Source: a virus
Reading direction: 5' to 3' (one strand)
Length of the DNA stretch: 64,000 nt
Virus record (IMG/VR): IMGVR_UViG_3300045988_082442
Location: 149,709-213,708 of that record
The position numbers and the translations under genes were made by a program. The notes under the pieces were generated by a model, which saw only the letters and a list, made by a program, of their open reading frames with translations, had not been told where the DNA came from and searched no databases. Positions within the stretch are counted from its first letter, which is position 1; each line of letters starts with the position of its first letter. Shown in pieces: positions 17,198 through 27,036 of the stretch.

Positions 17198-18026
17198 ATG
17201 ATAAAAAGAAATAAGAGAAAATCAACAACAAACAGAAGATTTAAAGATACTAAAAGGAGTAGTCACCTGAGAAGGAACAATAAGTTTAGTGTAAAGAAAG
17301 GTTTTAAAAAGCCACATTTAAGAATAGACAGAATAATATTAGTTATAATGATTATAGTTTTTATAATATTAATACATAATCAATATAAGAAACAACATGA
17401 AACAGACAATACATTAAATAAAATGATAAATACTTTAGAAACAATACAGACAGAGCTAGAAGATATGACTGATAAACAAGTGCAATTAGAAGAGAAACAA
17501 AAAGAGTTAGAAGTATCAAAAGCTCAAAAGAAAGAAGAGAAAGCAAGATTAGCAAGGGAAGCAGAAGAAAAGGCTAGAATTGCTAAGGAAGAAGCTAGAA
17601 AAGCAGAAGAAGCTAGAAAAGCAGAAGAAGCTAAGAAACAAGAACAAATAAGAGTTGCCAGTACAAAACCAGTTACATCAAGAGGTGGAACAACAGTAAG
17701 GGAATCAAGCTCTAGTTCTAAATCAGGATTACAATCTTATGCACATGATTTATGTATAAATACTTATGGTTGGTCAGAAAATGATTATCAATGTTTAGTT
17801 AAATTATGGAATAGAGAATCAGGATGGAATCCAAATGCCCATAATAAATCATCAGGATCCCATGGTATTCCACAGTCATTACCAGCATCTAAGATGGCTA
17901 GTGAAGGTTCTGATTATTATACAAATGGAAAAACCCAGATACGCTGGGGATTACGGGTATATTAAAAATAGATATAGCAATCCTTCTAGTGCCTGGGCTC
18001 ACTCACAGCAGACAGGGTGGTATTAA
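17198..18026 (+). pseudogene. membrane-anchored lytic-transglycosylase-like cell-wall hydrolase; reading frame broken near 17946-17955
   Basis: TM helix, KAEEARKAEE coiled coil, ESGWNPNAHNKSSGSHGIPQ motif. The conserved C-terminal YIKNRYSNPSSAWAHSQQTGWY lies in another frame (ORF 17835..18026). Confidence 0.7.
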
Positions 18027-18562
18027 TGGAAATATGGAAAGATATTAAAGGCTATGAAGGTTACTATCAAGTAAGTAATCAAGGAAGGGTTAAAAGTCTA
18101 AGCAGAACTGTAAGTAAGAATTATAATCCAAGAAGAATAAGGGAAAGAATACTAAAAGTGAGACCAGATAAAGACGGTTATCTTTGTGTTACACTATCTG
18201 TTGATAATGTTAAAAAGGGTTTCCCTGTCCATAGGCTTGTTGCAATGACTTTTATTCCAAATCCAGAAAATAAAAGAACTGTAAATCACATAGATGGAGA
18301 TAAAACTAATAATTGTGTTGAAAATTTAGAGTGGGCTACTGATTTAGAACAAACAGTTCATGGAATCAGGCTTGGGATTATAAATCCACATCATACAAAG
18401 AATAGAAGACGTAGAAGGGTTATAAGGAGTGACGGTATTATTTATGATTCTATAAAGGAGGCTGCAGAGAAAAATAATCTTTTTACTTCTAATATAATTG
18501 TATGCTGTCAAGGTAAGGTAAATTCTATTGGTGGCTATCATTGGGATTATTATAGTGGTTAA
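18026..18562 (+). CDS. HNH homing endonuclease (NUMOD4-like N-terminus plus HNH)
   Basis: MEIWKDIKGYEGYYQVSNQGRVKS and HRLVAMTFIPNPENKRTVNHIDGDKTNNCVENLEWAT. Confidence 0.85.
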   Translation: MEIWKDIKGYEGYYQVSNQGRVKSLSRTVSKNYNPRRIRERILKVRPDKDGYLCVTLSVDNVKKGFPVHRLVAMTFIPNPENKRTVNHIDGDKTNNCVENLEWATDLEQTVHGIRLGIINPHHTKNRRRRRVIRSDGIIYDSIKEAAEKNNLFTSNIIVCCQGKVNSIGGYHWDYYSG

Positions 18563-18565
18563 AGT

Positions 18566-18596
18566 AAGGAAGTGTAAAATACACTTCCTTTTTCTT
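18566..18596 (+). terminator. rho-independent terminator
   Basis: AAGGAAGTGT / ACACTTCCTT stem plus T5. Confidence 0.8.
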
Positions 18597-18608
18597 TGTG
18601 TTATTTGT

Positions 18609-18624
18609 GTAAAATATTAATGAG
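18609..18624 (+). promoter_or_regulatory. late-type motif copy 7
   Basis: 48 nt before ATG 18672 (gene preceding portal), after terminator 18566-18596. Confidence 0.6.
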
Positions 18625-18632
18625 GGAAAACC

Positions 18633-18661
18633 TTGACAAAATTTAAAATTAGAGGTAGGAG
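18633..18661 (+). promoter_or_regulatory. partial early-type cassette (TTGACAAAATTTAAAA, poor -10)
   Basis: The -35 and half the spacer are conserved; the -10 position is occupied by the RBS. Confidence 0.35.
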
Positions 18662-18671
18662 GAAGATATCC

Positions 18672-19145
18672 ATGAAACAATTAACAAAACAAGATATTTT
18701 AAACAAATTGTATGAAATTGCAGAGAAAGAAGGATTAGATTTTACACGAGAGGTACAAAAAACAATAAGAAATGAAGTAGTGCCAATGGAGGTTATTAAG
18801 ATTTTAAACAAATATGATAAGTCTTTTTTACCAATATATGATACATATAACACAGTGTATTTAAAAAGGTTTAAAAACCCATTATATAGAAATCTAAGAA
18901 ACCCATACATAGAAGAAGCAGAGGCAGCAATAGCATTAAGTTCATTAGTAACTAAGATGCTAATAAGCATTAGTATGATGAAAGAGGAAGATGTAAAGAT
19001 ATTCTCTGCTGTAATGAATATACAAGGAATAAATGAAGCTCTAACTGATTATGCCTTAAATAGAGATGCAGAAGGTATTATGGAACGACACAGACAAGTT
19101 AGAGAATTGTTAGAATTGTTATTTTTAGAAGATAAGGAGGCATAA
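18672..19145 (+). CDS. hypothetical protein upstream of portal, 157 aa
   Basis: GGAGG 8 nt before ATG 18672; the ORF-track start 18633 coincides with a TTGACA box. Confidence 0.7.
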   Translation: MKQLTKQDILNKLYEIAEKEGLDFTREVQKTIRNEVVPMEVIKILNKYDKSFLPIYDTYNTVYLKRFKNPLYRNLRNPYIEEAEAAIALSSLVTKMLISISMMKEEDVKIFSAVMNIQGINEALTDYALNRDAEGIMERHRQVRELLELLFLEDKEA

Positions 19146-19146
19146 A

Positions 19147-21063
19147 ATGGGGTTTAGAGATAGAATGCAAAACTTTATGGAAAGCACATTCAAAGTCAGA
19201 ATAATACCTAAACAAACACCAAGAGAAGGAATGGCTATTACATCTGAAAAGAACTCTTTACCAAACCAATTAGATGAAGCTGTTGAATCTGGAAAAAGGA
19301 TTGACCTATCTGGATTAAGAGATTTAATGTCATTAAAAACAGATAGAAATGAGCAATATAAAGCTTACGAAGAAATGGTTGCAGATGGACGTATAGGTGC
19401 AGCTGTTGAGATGTATGCTAACGATACAGTACAACAATCTCCAGAGGGTAAAGTTATTTGGGTAGAAAGCGATAATGCTGATGTAGCATCCTATGGAAAT
19501 AAACTATTAGAAGATTTAGGTGTTGCACAAAATCTTTGGAGTTGGGCATACTGTTTATGGTTATATGGTGACGTGTATTTAGAGTTATTTGAAAATACTT
19601 CTACATTAGGAAATAAACCAACATTATTGACAGAACCAGTAAATCATAATGCTAATTTCCAAAAACAAGTTCCTATTGAAGGAGCATATCTTGAAAGATA
19701 TGTGGAAAAGGTTCCAAACCCAGCAGATGTATATGACCTACAATTCAAAGGTAAGACATCTGGATTTGTTAAATCAAGAGAACCATTAACACCAACATAT
19801 AAAAATAGAATAAACACATATAATGTTACATCATCAACTGAAAAGATAGATATATTATCTCCTATGAAGTTTGTTCATATATGTTTATCACCTAATATTT
19901 CAAGATACCCAGAGAAATTTAGTATAGTACAAGAAACACCAGATAATAAGAATGTGCATACAACTGGTGGAGATGCAATAAATGAAAATTCAGTAGGTGG
20001 ATCTACTTATACTGTATTAAGAGGACAATCAATGTTAGAGAATGTATATGGACCATATCAAGCATTGAAACTAAAAGAAGATAGTATATTATTAGAAAGA
20101 ATAACAAAAGCTTCCATTACAAGAATTATACAAATAGAGCTAGGTGATATGCCAGAAAGTCAAAAAGACAGGGTATTAAGGGATTTAAAGGAACAAATAG
20201 AACAACAACTTCAAATGAATAAATTTACTGGTGATATAAATAGCAGAGCAAGTGCTAACCCATCAGAGAATATAATCTACACAACTACTAAAAATGGTAA
20301 GGGTGTAATTAATACAGTAAATATTGGTGGAGAAGCAGATTTAGGTAATATAGAAGATATTACACAATCTGAGAATAAACTATATGGTGCTTTACAAGCT
20401 AATAAAGCAGCTTTAGGTGCAGATATGGATGGTACTGGATTATCAAATGGTGGTTCATTAACAGAATTAAACTCAATATATGCTAGAAGAATAGTTAGAG
20501 GGCAAACAGCACTAACATCTGGAATAACTACTTTAATAAATATATTTGCATTAAAAGAAGGACTTGCAGTTACTCATGTAAATAACTTTAGAGTTAGAAT
20601 GGTTAAACCAGTAACATCAGAAGATACAAGAAGAGATGATTTATTATCTAATAAGATTAGAAATGTAAGTGATTTACTAAATCTATTAAATGATAAAGAT
20701 ATAATTGACTCAGTATCAAGATTAAAGATTATAGCTAACTTAATGGTTAACTACCTATCTCAACAAGATATTGCAGATGTATTAAATGAAATACTTGAAT
20801 CTCAAGAAGCAGAAGTTGAAGATACAGATAAGGGAGATGGTGATGATACATTTGATGATATTACAACACATGGGGGTTCTGGAAGTAGTTTAAGAGAACC
20901 ACCATCAGGAGGGGAAGCACCTAGTAAACCAAATAGCCCAGATTTAGATACTGAAACAGATACTGAAACAGAACCTAATACGCCAGATTTAGAATCTAAT
21001 GTAGGAGCAGGTTCTACTGATGATATAGACTTATCAGAAATAGAAGGTAAAGATTTATTATAG
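19147..21063 (+). CDS. portal protein, T4 gp20-like
   Basis: By memory of T4 gp20: YKAYEEMVADGRIGAAVEMYANDTV and LKLKEDSILLERITKASITRIIQIELGDMP parallel the gp20 TYRNLM..AVSEIVSDAI and [30 protein letters not shown]. Confidence 0.8.
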   Translation: MGFRDRMQNFMESTFKVRIIPKQTPREGMAITSEKNSLPNQLDEAVESGKRIDLSGLRDLMSLKTDRNEQYKAYEEMVADGRIGAAVEMYANDTVQQSPEGKVIWVESDNADVASYGNKLLEDLGVAQNLWSWAYCLWLYGDVYLELFENTSTLGNKPTLLTEPVNHNANFQKQVPIEGAYLERYVEKVPNPADVYDLQFKGKTSGFVKSREPLTPTYKNRINTYNVTSSTEKIDILSPMKFVHICLSPNISRYPEKFSIVQETPDNKNVHTTGGDAINENSVGGSTYTVLRGQSMLENVYGPYQALKLKEDSILLERITKASITRIIQIELGDMPESQKDRVLRDLKEQIEQQLQMNKFTGDINSRASANPSENIIYTTTKNGKGVINTVNIGGEADLGNIEDITQSENKLYGALQANKAALGADMDGTGLSNGGSLTELNSIYARRIVRGQTALTSGITTLINIFALKEGLAVTHVNNFRVRMVKPVTSEDTRRDDLLSNKIRNVSDLLNLLNDKDIIDSVSRLKIIANLMVNYLSQQDIADVLNEILESQEAEVEDTDKGDGDDTFDDITTHGGSGSSLREPPSGGEAPSKPNSPDLDTETDTETEPNTPDLESNVGAGSTDDIDLSEIEGKDLL

Positions 21064-21081
21064 AAAGGAGAGAGGGTTTGT

Positions 21082-21504
21082 ATGAAAGTTAATATTATAA
21101 ATGAATGTGATGGTGGCTTTACACAACCCTCTGCTATTTCTGGAATAAGGCAAGATATATTTAAAAGAAAAGTAGAGGAAGCTTCTATTGATAGAAATTC
21201 AAAAGATGCTGGTATTCAGTTTAGAGATTTGGTAGAAAAGACACAGGATGAACTTAATGATTATATAGATATATCAGGATGGGACAATATACCACAGAAA
21301 AATAAGGTTATAATAAAGAAATTTCAAGGTGAATTTGATAATATAATGAATAGCTATAGTACACCACCTAGAGATTTACCATTATATAAACTTTGGGATT
21401 TACTATCAGAAAAAGAACAAACTAAACTACTATATGAAATAGAAGAAATAAACAAACTTTTAGATAGGGGTTATGTAGTCAAGAAAGAAATAAAAAGAGT
21501 TTAA
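21082..21504 (+). CDS. hypothetical protein, 140 aa
   Basis: ORF with GGAGAG RBS directly after portal. Confidence 0.75.
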   Translation: MKVNIINECDGGFTQPSAISGIRQDIFKRKVEEASIDRNSKDAGIQFRDLVEKTQDELNDYIDISGWDNIPQKNKVIIKKFQGEFDNIMNSYSTPPRDLPLYKLWDLLSEKEQTKLLYEIEEINKLLDRGYVVKKEIKRV

Positions 21505-21512
21505 TAAAATGC

Positions 21513-21541
21513 TTGACAAAATTTAAAACTTATAATAAAAT
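21513..21541 (+). promoter_or_regulatory. conserved early-type promoter cassette (-10 TAAAAT)
   Basis: Same spacer; precedes the acidic gene block. Confidence 0.7.
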
Positions 21542-21579
21542 GTTATAAAGTTAAATTAAGAGATTGGAGGAATTATATA

Positions 21580-21933
21580 ATGGAAGAAGTAAACATCTTA
21601 AATCCAGAGGATAAAGATTACTATGAAGGTAAACTATTTAGAGTTTGTATTTGGAGTGGTATGGGTTACAGTTTATACTCATACGATGTATATGCAAATC
21701 ACGAAGAAGAAGCTTTGAATCTTGCTGTTAAATATGCAGAAAGAGAAGGAGACCCAATTTTATTTAGCTGGGATGAAGTTGAACAAGATGCAGAGGAAAA
21801 TGATGAGGGTGATGATGCAGAATCATATATAGATGAATATTATGTTTATGTAGATGCAACTATGGAGGGAGCAGAGAATCCTTGGTTTATATTAAGGGAA
21901 AATTTAAGAATAGAAAGATTGGAGGAAAATTAA
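21580..21933 (+). CDS. acidic hypothetical protein, 117 aa
   Basis: Promoter 21513-21541 and GGAGG RBS upstream. Confidence 0.8.
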   Translation: MEEVNILNPEDKDYYEGKLFRVCIWSGMGYSLYSYDVYANHEEEALNLAVKYAEREGDPILFSWDEVEQDAEENDEGDDAESYIDEYYVYVDATMEGAENPWFILRENLRIERLEEN

Positions 21934-21934
21934 A

Positions 21935-23086
21935 ATGGCAAATGTAAATAAGATTGCAAAATTTCTAAAAGATAGTGTTGAAGAACTTATTAAAATAGAC
22001 GAGGGTTGCTGTGAGCTTAAACTTGATGATGACTTATCATTATTTGTAGGTTGGTCAGGTGGTTATGATAATCAACCAGACAATACAATAATTCAAAGCA
22101 AAAATGACCCAGAATATGCTATAAATGCTGGTATTAAATCAAACCATGAATATCTAAAAACAGACTTTGATTGGTTAAATTATCCTTATGAAGAGGAAAG
22201 CGGAGAAGTTTGGGATTCAGGAATAACAATATCTCCAAATGAAGATTATGAAAAAGATGCTCAATGGTTTGTAGACCAATATGCAGAAATAAGAACAGCA
22301 TTAGATAAAGGTGAAATAGTATTAGAAAGTAAGAAAGTAGAAAATGTATATAAAAGTGAAGATATAACATTTCAAGAAATAGAAGCAAGAATGGATAATG
22401 CTGAAGACTATGCAGATTTATATGAGGCAGCAAGTCTAATAGCAGATACAAGTTTAAGAATAGATGTAGAAAATCTAATTGGACAATGTGAAGATGATGA
22501 AGATGAAATAGACCAAGCAGTATCAATTATATGTAGTGATTTATTAGACGCTTATGCAAATGAAGAAAATGTAGAACATTTTGAAGAAAGCAAAAAAGTA
22601 GGAGAAAAGAAACTACAAGAAGATTGGGCAGAGGATGTTGACTTTGTTGCAGACTATGTATTAGCAAATGTAGATGGAAAAGACAATGTTGAATTTGAAG
22701 ATTTAAGAAATATCATACATGATGGTTTAAAAGAATTTTACCCAGAAATGAGTGAAGAAGAATTAGAAGATAAAGAATCTGATATAGAACCAGATATAAG
22801 AACTATATTATCTTTAAATGGTTATGGTACAGACTTTGTAACAGGGAATGTAACAACAGACATTGATAGTTTAGAAGAAGGCAAGAAGATAGAAGAAAAA
22901 GATACTAAACAAGAATATCAAGACTATTGTAAAGATTTAAAAATAGATGCTAATAAGAAATCTTCTGTAAATAAATTCTTAAATGACTATGCTCAAAATT
23001 ATACTAAAATGAATGGTGTGTCTAATCTACAATCAGAAATTGACAGAGTTAAGAAAGAACTAAGAGAAAGTATTACAAGAAAATAA
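21935..23086 (+). CDS. acidic multi-module protein, 383 aa
   Basis: Long ORF, start 2 nt after the upstream stop; D/E-rich. Confidence 0.8.
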   Translation: MANVNKIAKFLKDSVEELIKIDEGCCELKLDDDLSLFVGWSGGYDNQPDNTIIQSKNDPEYAINAGIKSNHEYLKTDFDWLNYPYEEESGEVWDSGITISPNEDYEKDAQWFVDQYAEIRTALDKGEIVLESKKVENVYKSEDITFQEIEARMDNAEDYADLYEAASLIADTSLRIDVENLIGQCEDDEDEIDQAVSIICSDLLDAYANEENVEHFEESKKVGEKKLQEDWAEDVDFVADYVLANVDGKDNVEFEDLRNIIHDGLKEFYPEMSEEELEDKESDIEPDIRTILSLNGYGTDFVTGNVTTDIDSLEEGKKIEEKDTKQEYQDYCKDLKIDANKKSSVNKFLNDYAQNYTKMNGVSNLQSEIDRVKKELRESITRK

Positions 23087-23156
23087 TAAATAATTACCAG
23101 TAAAGAGGATTTATATAAAATCCTCTTGAATGGGATTTATATAAAGGAGTAATGAT

Positions 23157-23450
23157 ATGGCAAAGCAAATTGTTGAATATAAAGTAAAAGACAGAGCTTC
23201 TTTAAATGAACTTGAAAATAAAGTAAAGAATGCCAGAAATAGTAACGATTATATCCTTATCAAGTTTGGTAGAAAAGGAGAATTTATTAGAGTAGATTTT
23301 GCAAAAGACCAAACTTATGGTGTTTCACATAACCTATACAATATGGAATTTATAGTTAAGTTAAATGTTATGACAAGACAATATAAAGTAGTAAATATTA
23401 GAAAGATTGCTGATTTCATATTTGATTGGGTTAATAGATTAAATCGTTAG
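23157..23450 (+). CDS. small basic hypothetical protein, 97 aa
   Basis: AAGGAG RBS. Confidence 0.75.
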   Translation: MAKQIVEYKVKDRASLNELENKVKNARNSNDYILIKFGRKGEFIRVDFAKDQTYGVSHNLYNMEFIVKLNVMTRQYKVVNIRKIADFIFDWVNRLNR

Positions 23451-23517
23451 GCGTCAGGTTCGGTTCTGTGCCAATTTAATTACATAGGTAATAAATTTAT
23501 ATAGGAGGTTAGTAAAA

Positions 23518-25569
23518 ATGGAAAATAATCAAAAAGAAATCATTGACATTGCATTAGATAGACTAAACCAAGAAGGATTATGGTTTACTACAAAAGAAGA
23601 TAAACTATATGCTAATGCAAAAGATTTATACAAACTAGATAAGTTTGGTGAACTAGAAGATAAATCAAAAGAAAGACTAATTGCTGAAGTGGAATCATAT
23701 TTAGGCGATGGAGCTACATTTATTATAGAAGCAGTAGACCAATGGATAGAGGATAATATTGCAGAAGGATTATTAGGTTATGTAGATACATTAGCTATGG
23801 ATTTTGAAATTCCAGAAGCAGTTGAAAATACAAATTCTTATTCTGAACAAGGTGTTGATAATTTAGAAACAACAGTTGCTAAAGAAGCAGACAAAGCTAA
23901 AAAAGAAGAAGGAAAAAAGATAGTGGAAGATAACGATAGAGATTTTGATGTATATCAACAATACATAATGAGTAATGTTTATTGTGATAATGAAACAATG
24001 ATGACAAGCCCAGAAATAATAGAAGATAATGCTGGTTTAATAGCAGAAGATGCTGCTAAAGAAGTTGTTGCACAAATATTTGATGGGAAAGAACCAGAGG
24101 GAATATATCAAGCAACATTAGAAGATTATACAGAAGAAATAAAAAGAGTTATCTTAGCAAATATTGACAGAATTGTATATCTTCAAAATACAGAACAAGA
24201 AGAGTTAAATGCAAAACTAACAGAAGCAAAAGCAGATGGTTATTCAAAACCAGTTAAAGTAGATGGTAAATGGTTTAGATATAATTATAAATATAATGAA
24301 TTAGAATATATAACACATTCTAGTAATGAATTTGGACCTATTGAAGTAATAGATAGTATAGGTGTTGACCCAGAAGATTGGAGAGAAGATAAAGACTTAT
24401 GTATTCAAAGATTTTTAGAAGATATTAAATCAGAAGAAGATGTAGATATATCAGAATTTGATAGTTTATTTCCTAAAAAATTAAAAGAAATAAGCAGTAA
24501 AGTAAATTGTATGCACTATGCTTATAATGAACCAAATGTATATAGGTATATGTTTACAAATAAGAAAGATGCTGAAGAAGCTAAATCTATTTTAGGTCAA
24601 TACGGAAAAGTAGAAGAAGTAGACCCTATGGAATTTTCTGAATATGAAGATAAGAAAGACTTAGATAAAGCAAAAGCATGTCTTGTAGTTACATTTAATT
24701 CTGGTGTTTTAACTGAAAGTAAGAAAGAGGAAGATGCTGGTAGTGATGATAATACATTATCAATGGATGTAATTAAATTCTTAAAGAATACAACATATAA
24801 AAATAAACCAGTTGCAGTATTAGATTATGAAGGTGTTGAAGATACATTTGGAAATGAATATATAGTTAGAATGAGAGTTTATATTGAAGAAGCAGATGGA
24901 GATTATAGACTTGTAATTAAAGGCTCTTATACTAATGAAAATGGAACACCTTTTGCTTGGAGCAATGGTGGTTGGGAAGATAAATCAGGTTACACAAGGG
25001 AATTTACTATAAATGAAGCTGAAGTAGAACAACTATGCCAAGCTATTATAACAAAAGACGAAGATGAATTATATGGTTTCCTTGAAACATACGATAACAA
25101 TTTCAGAGATGACTTTGCTTCTTATCTTGCAAAAGGTTATGACAAATATAGTGATGAAGGAAAGAAGGATAAATCTGTAAATTTTAATGAAGCCCTTGAT
25201 GTTAAATCTAACAGAAAGGCTCTAACAGAGGGGGCTAGAGAAAGACTTGATGAAAGAAATGAACAAAGTGCCTCTATCATAGATAAAGCTTTACAAGGAA
25301 TATCAGAAGATACATCTGATAAAGAAAGTGGAATAATAATTAAAACAAGTGAACTATTTAAGAAACTATCAGACAGGGGATATGACGTACAAGTAAGTTT
25401 TGATAATGGGGAAAGTACAAGTTCAATAGCTATTGGACAACAAGGTGCAAATGTTCTTATAACAATAACAGATGCTGACCAACCATTAAGAGCCTTTATT
25501 AGTGGAAATCTTGAAATAAATGATGACAGTTTAAAAATGATAAAGAGTATAATGGAGGTGCTTAAATAA
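23518..25569 (+). CDS. acidic giant protein, 683 aa
   Basis: Long ORF, AGGAGG RBS. Confidence 0.85.
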   Translation: MENNQKEIIDIALDRLNQEGLWFTTKEDKLYANAKDLYKLDKFGELEDKSKERLIAEVESYLGDGATFIIEAVDQWIEDNIAEGLLGYVDTLAMDFEIPEAVENTNSYSEQGVDNLETTVAKEADKAKKEEGKKIVEDNDRDFDVYQQYIMSNVYCDNETMMTSPEIIEDNAGLIAEDAAKEVVAQIFDGKEPEGIYQATLEDYTEEIKRVILANIDRIVYLQNTEQEELNAKLTEAKADGYSKPVKVDGKWFRYNYKYNELEYITHSSNEFGPIEVIDSIGVDPEDWREDKDLCIQRFLEDIKSEEDVDISEFDSLFPKKLKEISSKVNCMHYAYNEPNVYRYMFTNKKDAEEAKSILGQYGKVEEVDPMEFSEYEDKKDLDKAKACLVVTFNSGVLTESKKEEDAGSDDNTLSMDVIKFLKNTTYKNKPVAVLDYEGVEDTFGNEYIVRMRVYIEEADGDYRLVIKGSYTNENGTPFAWSNGGWEDKSGYTREFTINEAEVEQLCQAIITKDEDELYGFLETYDNNFRDDFASYLAKGYDKYSDEGKKDKSVNFNEALDVKSNRKALTEGARERLDERNEQSASIIDKALQGISEDTSDKESGIIIKTSELFKKLSDRGYDVQVSFDNGESTSSIAIGQQGANVLITITDADQPLRAFISGNLEINDDSLKMIKSIMEVLK

Positions 25570-26363
25570 TGAATATTACAGATTTAATTGGGGAAGATAA
25601 AGTTGATAGTATGATAAGAAATAACCCTTGCTTTGGTTTTGTAGAAAATTATACAATAGATGGTGATATTCTTACTATCAAATCAAAAATGTCAATTACC
25701 TATTATAGACTAAAAGAAGATAACGGAGTTATGTATGCCTATATGATAGGATTAGATGGTAGCCAATTAGGGGATGAATTTCCCCTTGATTGGCAAGAGG
25801 CAGAAGCTGATGGTTTAGTAGAAGAAAAAGAATTACCTGAAGATTTCAATGAAGATGAGTTAGATAGCAGAAAACAAAACCTACAAGAAAGTGTAAATTG
25901 GAGTTACTTTGACAAATTTAGAGATGTAATAGATAAATTTATGCCAGACCAAGGAGAGGGAGAAACTTATGCTTCTCAAATAGCAACTGCCATAAATAAA
26001 TTAGTTTATAAATGGTACAATGATGGTGATGTTTATGATAACAGCTGTTATTTAGAAGGATGGGCTAATGATTTATCTGACTATGCAAACTGGTTAGCAA
26101 AAAATGTTGACGGTGCAAAAGATATACTTGACAATATCTTTGAAGCTAGAAACGATAGTGATTACGAAAACATTTTAAAAGCACTTGCAGACAATTATTT
26201 ATCTATGGAATTTTTAGATAGAGCATCTGAAAAATCTAAAACTGGAAGCATTTATGATTGTGCTGGAGATTATAGTTTTGATGAACATAGATGGGATGAA
26301 GATGAGGACGACTATTGGGAAGATGATTATGATGAAGATGAGGAAGATGAGGAGGATTACTAA
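25569..26363 (+). CDS. acidic protein with DE/W-rich tail, 264 aa
   Basis: TAATG overlap with the upstream gene; tail WDEDEDDYWEDDYDEDEEDEEDY. Confidence 0.85.
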   Translation: MNITDLIGEDKVDSMIRNNPCFGFVENYTIDGDILTIKSKMSITYYRLKEDNGVMYAYMIGLDGSQLGDEFPLDWQEAEADGLVEEKELPEDFNEDELDSRKQNLQESVNWSYFDKFRDVIDKFMPDQGEGETYASQIATAINKLVYKWYNDGDVYDNSCYLEGWANDLSDYANWLAKNVDGAKDILDNIFEARNDSDYENILKALADNYLSMEFLDRASEKSKTGSIYDCAGDYSFDEHRWDEDEDDYWEDDYDEDEEDEEDY

Positions 26364-26950
26364 TGGATGAGGTTGCAGATTATATAAATAATATGGAACA
26401 AGATATGCCAGTAGAATATTCTACACTTCTATTCAATAATAAATGGGAGTATCTATTAGATGCAGCAAAAGATAGAAAGAGAGCAATAAATAAAGCATTT
26501 AAAGATAAAAGTTGTAGATACTCTGATTCTTTTCTAAGAACTCAACTAGACATAACAGAAAGAGCAATAGATGAGTTAAAGAGAAGAAGTAAGGAGGAAA
26601 CTATGAAAAAGGAAAATCTAAACGAAGCAGTTGATAAAGATATATTTGATGAAAGAGATAAAAAGATATTCCAAGATTTAAAAGATAAAGAAGAACCAGA
26701 AACTGTTTATGATTTACTTGTTGCAAGAATTGGACAAGAAATAACAGTTGGAGAATTAAATACAGTTCTACAAAGCATCTTTGGTAAATATGATGATATA
26801 TTCTTACTTGAAAATGATTTGTATAATGCAGATAGAGACCAATTACAAGATTTAGTAATTTGGGATGACGATGATGAATATACACTTACATTTAAAGTAA
26901 TTGATATGTTAGATGGAACTATTGAACTTACTGATGTCAATGTGGAATAA
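26363..26950 (+). CDS. acidic protein, 195 aa, with in-frame internal SD-ATG at 26603
   Basis: TAATG overlap; internal AAGGAGG plus 6 nt plus ATG at 26591-26605. Confidence 0.8.
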   Translation: MDEVADYINNMEQDMPVEYSTLLFNNKWEYLLDAAKDRKRAINKAFKDKSCRYSDSFLRTQLDITERAIDELKRRSKEETMKKENLNEAVDKDIFDERDKKIFQDLKDKEEPETVYDLLVARIGQEITVGELNTVLQSIFGKYDDIFLLENDLYNADRDQLQDLVIWDDDDEYTLTFKVIDMLDGTIELTDVNVE

Positions 26951-26979
26951 AACAAATACCATAAGTTTTGAAAAACCCC

Positions 26980-27008
26980 TTGACAAGATTTAAAACTTAT
27001 GGCATTAT
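26980..27008 (+). promoter_or_regulatory. early-type promoter cassette variant (TTGACAAGATTTAAAACTTATGG CATTAT)
   Basis: One spacer change, weaker -10. Confidence 0.55.
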
Positions 27009-27036
27009 TCATATAATAATTTAAGGAGGTAAGTGT

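Noticed and set aside
23446-23475. GC-rich string GGCGTCAGGTTCGGTTCTGTGCCA, resembling a tRNA T-arm/CCA end; a related GGGGCGTCAGGATGCCC lies at 35263-35279
   Set aside because: No cloverleaf can be drawn, since the T-stem arms are not complementary and there is no acceptor or anticodon stem. The 35261-35282 copy folds as a simple 7-bp hairpin. I treat these as small terminator-like hairpins, not tRNA genes or att remnants.
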